Shown here: piece after piece, positions 41,401-53,400 of the stretch | Numbering within the stretch: the stretch's first letter is position 1 | Layout of the letters: every line of letters begins with the position of its first letter | Origin: Okamejei kenojei | Lineage: Eukaryota | Length of the DNA: 64,000 bases | Direction of reading: 5' to 3' | NCBI GenBank assembly: GCA_035221665.1 | Contig: CM069133.1 | Span: 44,826,001-44,890,000 of the forward strand | Translations under genes and position numbers: made by a program | The notes under the pieces: generated by a model | Seen by the model: only the letters and a program-made list of their open reading frames with translations | Database searches by the model: none | What the model was told of the DNA's origin: nothing

Positions 41401-44400
41401 TCCGTCTCTTTCATTCACATTGAGTCCGGGAACCTGTATGTTCTCTCACTGAATATTACACAGACAGTACAGCACAGGAACAGGCCCTTTGGCCCGCAAT
41501 ATCTGTGCAGAACATAATGGTACTGTAAGTTAAACTAATATCATCTGCCAACACATGATCCATATCCCTCCATTTTCTGTAGATCCATGTGCTTCTTAAA
41601 AACACTATCATATCTACAAATATTTCACTGCAGTCTCCTAGGTGTGTTCTTCCAATCCCCATTCTGAAGGACTCTATCTGCACACACCATCAACAGTGAT
41701 TAATTCAATTAATTTAATTTAATTTCTTCCTTCTCCAAGTCCCAGCCACCATCCTGAAGCTGTCTGTTGTGAGCGACAATGTAACTGGAGAACACACCCT
41801 CGTGTGCTGTGCTGAAGGGAAGCCCCCTGCAAACATCACGTGGATCGACCCAGGGAACAGCGCACTGCCCGGGAACAGTAGTGAGATGACAGTCACGCAT
41901 GATCCAGAGAAACTACTGACTGTGGGAAAGATGCTTCACCCCAGACTGCCAGGGAAATACACGTGTGTGGCTGTGAATGAGTACCAGAGAGACACGCGTG
42001 AGATCCCCCTATTCGACGATGTGAAATGGTTGGTGCAGGTCCTCCGCTTTGGATTACCCATATTTGCTATTGTCCTCCTTGTGATGGTATTTGTTCTCGT
42101 GTCTTTGAAAAAAGGTGAGTTCGCTAATAACAACTGCATTGTGGGCTGTTGTGGGTGTTCTTGGGACAGGTGGCATTTTCAAATATTATAGGCCAGAAAT
42201 GTGAACAGGAGGCCAGTCATCCCTGGTTAGGCCACATTTGGAGTATTTTGTCCAGTTCTGGTCACCACATTTCAGGAAGGATTTGGACACTTTGGAGAGG
42301 GTGCAGAGGGTTACAGAATATTGCCTGGATTAGAAGATTTTAGCTATAAGGAGAGGTTGGATTGTTTTTCTCTGGAACATCTGATGCTGAGGGGCGAACT
42401 GATCAAAGAATGTCAAATTCTGAGACACATAGTTAGTCTTTTTCCCCGGAGTTGAGGTCAAAAACTGGAGGGCGTGGTTTAAGGTGAGAGTAGGAAAGTT
42501 TTAAAGGAGATTTAAAAAGTGCCATTTGTTCAGAATGGTTGGTGCCTGGAATGTGCAACCAGGGGAGATGTGGAAGCTGACATGATAGCATTGTTTAAAG
42601 AGCATTTATACATGTAAATGTGCATGGAATGGAAATAGATCAACCATGTGCAGAGAGATGCGATCGGTTTAATTTGGCATTGTGGTCGGCACAGACATCG
42701 TGTGCCAACGTTAAATCTTCAGTTCTGGTGGACTGGGGCTGTACCCCTTGAAGGGTCAAGTCTGCCCTCACCATTGTTACCCTGACAGACCTTTTCCATG
42801 GTGACTTGGGTATAACAGGGTCAGGAATTCCTGTTCTCAATAATACAGTCCTGAGATAAGGTATTCATTGCCCTTTCCCTCCGATTAATTTGTGGGAAGG
42901 TTCGGCGGTGATTCTGTCCTAAGATCCTCGCTGTTCTTCAAATGCTTGGGTATCATTTGAAAAAGGTTCTGAGCTTTCCGAATCAATCGTGGACCAGTTT
43001 GCAGATTATGTGAAATTGAGTGGGAATGTGATGGCTCAAGGTTTGAAGAGAAAATGTGAGATAATCCACTTCAGTAAAAAAAGCTGGCAAACTTCAATAC
43101 TGTTACAGCGGTGACGGATTGGGGAATACCGAAGTAACTCAATTTATGTATTAAACCGGTGGATTTCGGAAAACAAATGTAATGTTGGCCTTTAATGCAA
43201 GAAGATATGAACTCAGGTATAAATGTATAGGTCCTTGGTCTCTATGCTATCAAAAGGACATGTGGGCGTGGAGAAGATGTTACCAGCAGTGAGAGAGTCC
43301 AGGACCAGAGGGCACAGCCTCAGAATAAAAGGATGAACCTTCAGAATGGAGATGAGGAAGATTTTTTTTTTAGCCAGAGACTGATGAATCGGTGGAATTC
43401 AATGCCACAGGCAACAGTGGAGGTCTAGTCAGTGGAAAGTTTAAAGCGGAGATTGATAGGCTCTTGATTAGGTCCTTAGATTTGTACAACAGCAACAAAT
43501 TCTTGCATTCATGTATTAATTTATTATTATAGTCACTTCTACTGTGATACAGTGAAAATCTTTGTTTGCATGTTATTTGGTCGAATCTAATCATACTACA
43601 CTTGAGTACAATCAATCCATATACAAGTACAACAGGTAGTGTAGATAGAAAAATAGCAGAGTACATAATATTGTGTTTTAGACTAGTAGAGATACAGCGT
43701 GGAAACAGGTCCTTTGGCCCACCATGTCTGCGCCGACCAGCGAGCACCCTGTATCATTAATACTTATGTCTATCATGTGTGGGAGGAAACCAGAGCACTC
43801 AGAGAAAACCCAAGTGGTTACAGGGAGAACATACAAACTCCATACAGACAGCACACATAGTCACGATCGAACCCGGGTCTCTGGCGCAGTAAGGCAGCAA
43901 TTCTACTGCTGTGCCACTGAGCTATCCGTAGTTACTTCATTGCAGTGTTACAGCTCCAGAAAAAATTCAGATAAAAAGAGAAAAAATGCAAGGGTCGCAC
44001 TGAAGTAAGTTGGAAGATCGGGACTGCACCTTAGTTTGTGGGAGGACCATTCAGTAGTCTGACAAAAGTGGGGGAAGAAGCTGTTCCTGAATCTGGTGGA
44101 TTGTGTCTTTAAGCTTATGTATCTTCTGCCCAATGGGGGAGGGGAGAAGATCCTTGATTATGTTGACTGCTTTCCTAAGGCAGCGTGAAGTGCAGATGGA
44201 GTCAATAGTGGGAAGTGTGGTCTGTGTGATGGACTTGACTACATCCCCAACTCTCTGAAATTTCCTACAGTCTTGGGGAGCTGTTCCCAAGCTGTGAAGC
44301 ATCCTGAGAGTATCCCGAACCTGACCCAAAACATTATCTATCCATTTCTCTCCACAGAGCCTGCGTGGCCCTCTAAATCTCTCCAGCACTTTGTTTTTTA

Positions 44401-47400
44401 CTGGGGAAAGTAGTTAGGGAGCAGCTGCTCTTGGGACAAGTTTGCATCAGGAAGTGAGAGTGATTTAATGATGAGAGGTTGTAAATTTAGTCTCTAAGGA
44501 AAAGGATGCATATGCAAAGTTTAAGGAACTGAAATTAGGCAGGGCCTTTAAGGAAGATTATGAAAAAGGAAAGGGAATTATGAGGCCCAGATGGGTTAGA
44601 GCTGAAAGTAGAGAAGTGTGCTAAAGGAGGAGAGTGGGAGAGGTTACAAGAGGGAATTCTCACAGAATACTTTCCTGTGTCTTTGACAGGTTCACAGCAG
44701 CGTGTGTGTTGTGTTGATGCCAGCGTGGCCAATGGTCGGAAACCACAAGGACCAGAGCCAGGTAATTGGGGAATCTGCTTAAACTTCCTTTCACATTGAG
44801 GACATTCTTTGGAAAAGCAGAACTGAAACCTGCATTTAATAACTGGCCTTTCAATTGTCGCTACCACCTACCCTCCTTCCCTACCTCCCATAGCCTCCTA
44901 ATTAGATCAGCAAAGACAATCCCTCTCAGAGCAAATCGGGTTGTGTGTTCAAGTGGAATATTAATACTTAAAAGACTCGCCTCAAGGCCCAGGGCTTGCA
45001 CTAAGATTCCAGATTCCTCAGTCATGGGAATTAATCTATTCTGTCAAACATACTGGAAGTATTTAATATTGGATACCTGTCCTTAACTCTAAAGATTGAA
45101 GGTCCAACCTATTTAATCTCTTTGTCATCCCAGAAACCAGCCTCATGAACTTTTGCTGCACAACCTGCAAAGTAAGTACAGGTAGTTCTGCTCAACATAG
45201 GTTTCGAAATTTTAAATTGGCCACAACAGGATTGCTGAAATAGGTAATGCTATTATGCAGCCTGAATTGGTTATAAAGTAATCTCTATCAGAAAGTAGAG
45301 ATCCAGTTAAAAGTTACTTAGGAAAGCAGAAAAAAAGCATGTTCATGTAACCTCTCTGCAGTAATAGTAAGATTAAACAAGAACTTACCAGTTTGAAGTT
45401 TGATCTTTATTTTATGAGGCGTTACGATGAGGGATTACGTGAAGAACACCGTCCAGCCGTTGGTGCATCAATCTTCAAAGCAGCGGAGTGAAATCACAGG
45501 TAATAATGACTGAAGTATAATAGTACGATAACAGAGACTAGAACTACTAGATGATATTTATGAGGGTTGGGAGCGGAGGGCACGTAATCCCTTATCATAA
45601 ATTGAGAAACTAATGGATGTGTCCCTACTGAATGTAACTCTGAACTCATGGGTAAATAAGAAGACAGAGCACTTCTGGCTGTATTAATCGCACTATAGCT
45701 TAATTTTTGATCAAAGTAAAGAGTGGACAAAAACTCCAGTACGTCTGGGATGCCTGCAATTTGATGTGAGATATTCTGCTGTAGACAGAATACATCCCAC
45801 TTCCTTATCGAGGTGATGTACTGCTTCTGAGTACTATCCCTACAGGCCTACATGAGAACATCCATGGTATGATCAGACAGTCCTCTCCCCAGGTATGGCC
45901 TCCTTAAAATCTGCAAATTAACAGATCAATACGATCATGTAAAGGATGTTGATCGCCAGTTACTGGATTTACCAGTAGATTTTTACATTTGGGAATAATC
46001 ATGTGAGGCTGACAAGCAATTTGCAATACGAGAGGGAACCATGGTTGTGTAGGCTAATCTGGTACTACCAATACTCCTAAAGCGGAGTCCTACTTAATTT
46101 TTTGCAAGCATCGACTGATGAGACAGAATGGAGGAAATGCATCAACAAACATTCCACCCCAATGCAGTGAGAATGCATCCACCGCTGCTGCACCAGGATC
46201 TGGTTCCCATGAAACATATCTGGGCAACTGATGGTTTAGTCTAGATGCAAACAAGTCTATATCTGGCATTCCATACTGAGCAACCACTTGATTAAATATG
46301 TCCTGATTTAACATCCATTCTAAGTTATCATCGAATTGGCGTGACCTAATGTCAGCTACTGTGTTGAATCTACCTGGTAAATATATTGCTGAAAGCCAGA
46401 TGTTTTGGTCAATGCACCAGCCCCAGATCTGATTAGCCAGTCTATCACAAGACTGTGACTTGACTCCATCCATGTGGTTTACATATGCCGTTGCTGTAGT
46501 GTTGTCAATCTGAACCTGCACCTGCAAGTCACTCCTGGCAGAGCAATAAGCTTTAAGCCCATACCAGGTTCCCAAAAGCTCTAAATAATTGATCCCTCTT
46601 AATTGAAGAAGGGATGTCTCATTAGTATTCCATCTGCCTCCACAACTGGAAGACATATCTGTAGCACCCCAACCCAGCGCACTGACATCCGTCTGTAATA
46701 TTATGGAAGGTGGTTAAACCAAAACCTCCCTGGAGCTTTTTGAGACATTTATGATCCACCATTGAATGTCTGAAATTGCCCCAGCTGACAATTGCATAGG
46801 CCTATCAAAATGACCCGCATGTGTCCTCAGTGCCTGTTCTTTTGCTCGTTGTAATTGTTGATAATGCAGAGGTCCAAACTGCACAGCTGGAAAAGCAGCC
46901 ACCAATTTACCAATTAAACTGGCTACTTGGCTAATTGAAGGTCCTTGTTCACTAAGGAGATTAACACAATCCTCAATTAACTGCTGCCATGTGTCCCTGG
47001 GCAAAGTCACTAACATGTGATTCAAATTAATGGTAAAGCCCAAATAATCAATGATTTGAACTGGTGACCATTTGGATTGCCATTAGGCAATGCTATACGT
47101 CCCCCAGTCTTTTTAGACCTAGGAAAAATACTTTATAGAATCATAGAATCATTGAAAATAGGTGCAGGAGTAGGCCATCAGCCCTTCGAGCCTGCACTGC
47201 CATTCAGTATGATCATGGCTGATCATCAAACTCAGTTCCTAGATTATTTACCAAATTGTTAAAACCTGTTCTAGGATTACTCCAAGCTCAGGGGCATGTT
47301 GTAATGGCCCATTTAGATGATATTTTAATTGTCGGGAAGACTCGGGCTGTAGCTGAATCATCTGTTTCAATTGTTAAACTCACTTTTGAACAATTAGGGT

Positions 47401-50400
47401 TCATCATTCATCCAGATAAATCCAACTCAGTATCCTGTACCTGCCTTCTCTCCATACCCCCTGATCCTTTTAGCCACAAGGGCCACATCTAACTCCTTCT
47501 TAAATATAGCCAATGAACTGGCCTCAACTACCTTCTGTGACAGAGAATTCCACAGACTCACCACTCTCTGTGTGAAAAATGATCTTCTCATCTAGGTCCT
47601 AAAAGACTTCCCCCTTATCCGTAAACTGTGACCCCTTGTTCTGGACTTCCCCAACATCGGGAACAATCTTCCTGCATCTAGCCTGTCCAACCCCTTAAGA
47701 ATTTTGTAAGTCTCTATAAGATCCCCCCTCAATCTCCTAAATTTCAGCGAGTACAAGCCAAGTCTATCCAGTCTTTCTTCATATGGAAGTCCTGCCATCC
47801 CAGGAATCAGTCTGGTGAACCTTCTCTGTACCCCCTATGTGGCAAGAATGTCTTTCCTCAGATTAGGAGACCAAAACTGTACGCAATACTCCAGGTGTGG
47901 CCTCACCAAGACCCTGTACAACTGCAGTAGAACCTCCCTGCCCTTGTACTCAAACCCTTTTGCTATGAATGCCAACATACCATTCGCTTTCTTCACTGCC
48001 TGCTACACCTACATGCCTATTTTCAATGATTGGTGTACCATGACACCCAGGTCTCGTTGCATCTCCCCATTTTCCTAATCGGCCACCATTCAGATAATAG
48101 TCTACCCTCCTGTTTTTGCCGCCAAAGTGGTTAACCTCACATTTATCCACATTATACTGCATCTGCCATGCATTTTCCCACTCACCCAACCTATCCAAAT
48201 CACCTTGCAGCCTCCTAGCATCCACCTCACAGCTAACACTGCCCCCCAGCTTCGTGTCATCCGCAAACTTGGAGATGTTGCATTAAATTCCCTCATCCAG
48301 ATCATTAATATATATTGTAAATAGCTGGGGTCCCAGCACTGAGTCTTGCGGTACCCCACTAGTCACTGCCTGCCATTCTGAAAATGACCCATTTACTTCC
48401 TACTCTTTGCTTCCTGTCTGCCAGCCAGTTCTCTATCCACATCAATACTGAAGACAATACTGAATTTTCTATCCACATCAATACTGAACACTTGACACAA
48501 ACTGACGGTTTTGACGAACTGACTTCTCAATAACCCCTTTTTTGTGTAATGTGTTAAGTTCTGCTTGTATGTGCACATTCTCGTCTTCTGAAAATAGAAG
48601 TTTCTGATTTGGAACATGCTGATTATGTGAGCACACAGTAGAGTAAAATTCAATTTTAACCCCCTCTATACTGCTCCGTATAAATGAATCTGATGTTATC
48701 TCCTGCCATTGTTTGAGAAACAAGTGTAATCTGCCCCCAATTTGAACATCTATTTCACTTGATTTATTTTCTTTAGGAGGAAAATTTCTCACCTGCATAC
48801 ATCCTGGCTGCCCTTGTTGCCCCCGGCCCTTTGTAGGGAAAGTCATCCTTCCCCTCAAGCCTGAGGCAGGATGCCAGCTCCGAGATTGCTAAGCTGAGTG
48901 GCTGGTCCCTTCCCCGGCGTCCGTAATGGTACCCCGCCGGAAAGGAAAAACCTTTTTTCCTAGTTTGCCACCCGGCTTGATGAGGCCCATAGTTCTAGCA
49001 TCCTCATGGAGTTCTTTAACTCGCTTGGCGAGATCCCCGCCAAAGAAAAGATTAGACGGTTCTACGCTGGGCGCCTTACACAATGATGCCAGATTAGGAT
49101 TAATAATTGGCCGAATAGCACTTCTTCTTATATTGTTAATTTCAAAATAGGCACTACACAGATGTCCCAGTGCATCTTGGTGAGCTTCCAACATATGCCC
49201 CTTGTCTACCATAATAGCAAATGGTGTAAGCCCTGCTGAAAGTAATTTCAATACTTCTTGAAATTTTAGTTCTTGGGATCTTGCTGACACCCCCAACTGT
49301 GTCCATATGAGATGGTTTACCATTGGTACTTTTAGTAAACCACAATTGATAGGGGCTTCATACTTTTTAGCCGCCTCATCCATGGCCAATGCTTGCAGCT
49401 GATGAGAGAGCATATATTGGATGGCTGATGCCAATTCTTCCCCTAACGTCTCTCCTGCCTTTCTCGGGACTGCAAATTTCTCCGCTATATTTGGAATAAC
49501 TTTAAGTTCCACTCCCTTGTGCCACTGATTCGGCGTCAGTAAACTGCTGCACCGGTATACCCTCCTCCTCAAAGGTTGGGTATTCTTGCAGCCCTATTAT
49601 AAGTGCTGCTAGCAGAGGCTCTCCACTAGCCTGGTGTGGGCACCACTCCTCCTCACGGAGTTCGTCCCTGTCGAGCATCTTTTGTAATAAGACCTCGACC
49701 TGGGAGAGCCATGAGCAAACGATCTTTCCTTGTGAGGGTAAAACCTCCAGACCCGACTCTTGGTCCACGGGCCTATTTGATTTTGCAGTAGCCTTACTCC
49801 CTACCGGCATGGCTACGCTGCTCACAGGCAGCGGGTCTGGTGTCGCTAGCTCCATTGCTGACATTGGACTTGGTGACCTAGGCGGGCATCCGCTAACAAT
49901 ACTATCACGGTCCTTGAACCTTTTCCCTGCAGATCGCCTCGCCGACACCTTCTTCACTTTCTGTAACATTTTAACAGGCTACACCCTACCGCTAAAACAG
50001 AAAGTGAACGCAAGAAAAGTTTGAAACTTACCTTGTGTTTTAAACTAACTTTAGGAGCTCTGCTGCTCCAACCGGCCGACTGCTCCAATGCGTCTGACGT
50101 AATGACACACCAACGGCTGGACGGGGCTCTTCACGTAGTCACTCACGTGACTCCGAAGTAAAATCAGTTACCACTGTCTCTTATGAATGCAGATCATCAT
50201 GGGGTGGCCAAGCAATCATTTCAATTGACATTTGTGCAGTGATACTCTATTAAACAATGTAACATTGAGCCATCAGTACTTGTAGATTGCAGCTACAAAA
50301 ATAAACTTGGACCTATAGAAAAGATCTTTGTTTTTAAAAAATCAGTGGGCGAAATAACATTGTTATTGCAAGTCTCATAATCACTAGCCCCTTAACTCCA

Positions 50401-53400
50401 TTTTCACATTGTGTTGGTCTTGAGTCCTTGTAATAATAAATACCTCACACCTTGGCAGGTTATACACTGTTTATTTAGAATAAAGAACTACAAGCTCTTA
50501 CTTGAGAGTTAACTTCATACTGAAGAGTGCAGTAGCTCGCGACGCTAATAAGCTAGTGCAAATAAGCGTAACGACAAAAGCATGACTCATAACGAGCCAC
50601 TGATCTGCACATTGGCACAATTATTTTCAGAATGTAATTTTCTACAATAAGATGTTCCTTAAGAATGCAGCATTCGTGGTATAGCTGAACTGTCTGTACA
50701 TTGCTTTTTGGGGTAAGGAGACCAATATTATACCTAATACACCAGCTTTGGTCTTGAAAGGCCAATGTAATTTGGAATTGATCCTATTATTCCCAAAGTA
50801 ACAATACCTGATCAATGTATCTCATAGGTTTGCACAAAGAACCTCATCTATGTAACCCTCCACCACCCCTGAGGATAGGGTTGGAAAGTTCTGCATGTTG
50901 CGATTACTCCAGGATTCCCTTCTGTTTTATCTACAGTTTTGACCCTGTGGGAGGGGATGAGGTGGACAGTTTGGGAGCTCTAATTTCTCTATTAAAATAC
51001 CCATTGTTTTTTTGTGTCTTTGACAGGTTCACAGGAGCCTGAAGGGGACCCTATTTACAGTGTTGTTGATTTAAACATGGAGACAAGAAACAGGGCAGCC
51101 ACCCAGGCAGTTCCAACACCAGGAGAATTGGACAGGAATGTTGGTGAGTGCAGTGATGGTGATCATTTGGAATTTGCACAGAGGTAACCTGGAGGAAGAG
51201 ATGCAGGAAGTAAATGCCAGCTTTCATGATCCAGCTCCTGTGGTTAAAAGTTGTAATTTTATGGATACAGCATGGAAATAGGCTCTTCCGCCCACTGAGT
51301 TTATGCCAACCATTGATCATACTTTCACACTAATTCTATATCAACCCACTTTCTCATCTCCTTGGATCTTTGGGGCAATTTTACAGTCCAATTAACTCGC
51401 ATATCTATGAGGTGGTGGAGGAAACTGGAACAGCCGGAGGTAACCCGAGCATTCACGGGGACAAACACAGACTCTATACCAACAACACCCAAGCTCAGAA
51501 TTGAACCCAGATCTCTGGTGATGTGTTGTGGTGCAACTGGCAGAGCTGCTGCCTCACAGCGCTTGAGACCCGTGTTTAATCCCAACCTTGGGTGATATTA
51601 GTGTGGAGTTTGCACATTTTACCAGCTGTGCCACTGTCGTTGAGCAAGGGAACTCCTATTGATCTGAGAAACAAAGAGGAGATGTTTCTGAGGCAAGCTG
51701 GAGTAGGTAGAGATCCCAAGGTTAGCAAAGTGGACCAGCTTACAGACAATCTTCACACTGAGATGCCCCCGAGCTGGAGCCAGTGGAGGTCAATGGAGCG
51801 TAGTGTACAGATTAAAACTCATGTAAGCGGTGACAAGGCGGGAACTATTTAAGATAGGGACAAAGTTTCAGCAGCAGAAGTGTTTGGAGTGGGGCTGGGG
51901 GGAACATACAGTATCATGGATGTAGAAATTAGAGGCATTAGAGTGAGAAAAACTTGACTAAGCTCCCAAAGCATCTTTGCAGAATGGATTTGAGAAGATG
52001 CTTGGTCTTGTGAGCAAACCTGGAACGAAGAATTACTGTTCACAAGTAAGGGTCACCTACTTTAAGATGACTTGATTTTTGTTCCTTAGATCAACTGTCT
52101 TTGGAACTCTCTTCCTCAAAAGATTAAGTTTTGAATATTTTGAGCCAGAGATAGATGGAGAATATCTGGAAACAGAAATATCTGGAAACCCACAACAGGT
52201 CAGGCAACCTCTGTGAAAAGAGAAAGCACCAACATTTGTGCTGGACACACCTTTGTCAGACTTTTCATGCTCTTTAGGAGCACAGGGGTGAACGTTTAGC
52301 ACAGGAGATATCAGTCATGATGTCATTAAAAAGCAGAGCTGAGTGGTTGATTCTTGCTCTCAACTTGTATTCAAAGGTTACAAAGGACTTTTATTGTCAC
52401 GTACCATTTAAGATACAGTGATATGCAAATTATCATACTGCCATACAAGAGACACAATTACATAAAAGTAAACATCCACCACAGCAGATTCCCTACTTTC
52501 CTCACTGTGATGGAAGGCCAAAAAGTCCAATCATCATCCCCTTTAAGGAATATAGGAGTGAAACCTTTCCTTGCAAACACAGGAGATACAAACCTATCCC
52601 TACATCTCATCCCTTACATCCATCCAGGAACCTCCAGCAGTCCTTCCAGGTGAGACAGAGGTTCACCTGCACCTCCTCCAACCTCATCTACTGCACCTGA
52701 TGTGCCCTCCTTTCCATTGGCGAGACCAAATATAGCTTCGGCGACCGTTCCACTGAACACTAACTCTGTGCAACAAGATCTGCTGGATTTCTCTGTTGCT
52801 ATGCATTTTAACTCCCCTTCCCATTCCCACCCTAACCGCACTGTCCTGGGCCTCCTCCATTGTCAAAGTGATACCATACACAAACAGCACCTCATAATCT
52901 ACTTGGGTCATTTACAACCTAACGGTGTGAACATTGAATTCTCCAATTTTAGGTAACTTACCAACAAAACCCATCTCCACTTCTCCCCACCCCCTTCCCA
53001 CCCCACCTTTCTCTTCTCTATGCCCCATCACTACGAGCACCCATTTTAATTCTTCCTCTCCCCTTCCACCCACATTCATTCCTCTGGCTTCACAATTCAC
53101 ATATATCCTTATCTCTCACCTTGAGTCTTTCACCTCTGGCCACTGTTCAACCCACCTGCCAATCAAATAACCCCTTCATGTGTAGGGAACAGTGAACACA
53201 TGGTGAGCAGCAAAACACTGCCAGTCCCAAGATTCGCGCCTCCAGGGTCTTGTCAATATTCTATTTTTCACCTGCAGGGAAGTAAAACTGCAGAAAAGGG
53301 AGTAGGGTGAAAGGAGAAGGGAGAGATTGGGCTGTCAGGGCTTGGGCTGGGGGGGAGAGAGACAGTTGGACAGTTACAGTTTTACACGTGTACCGAGGTA

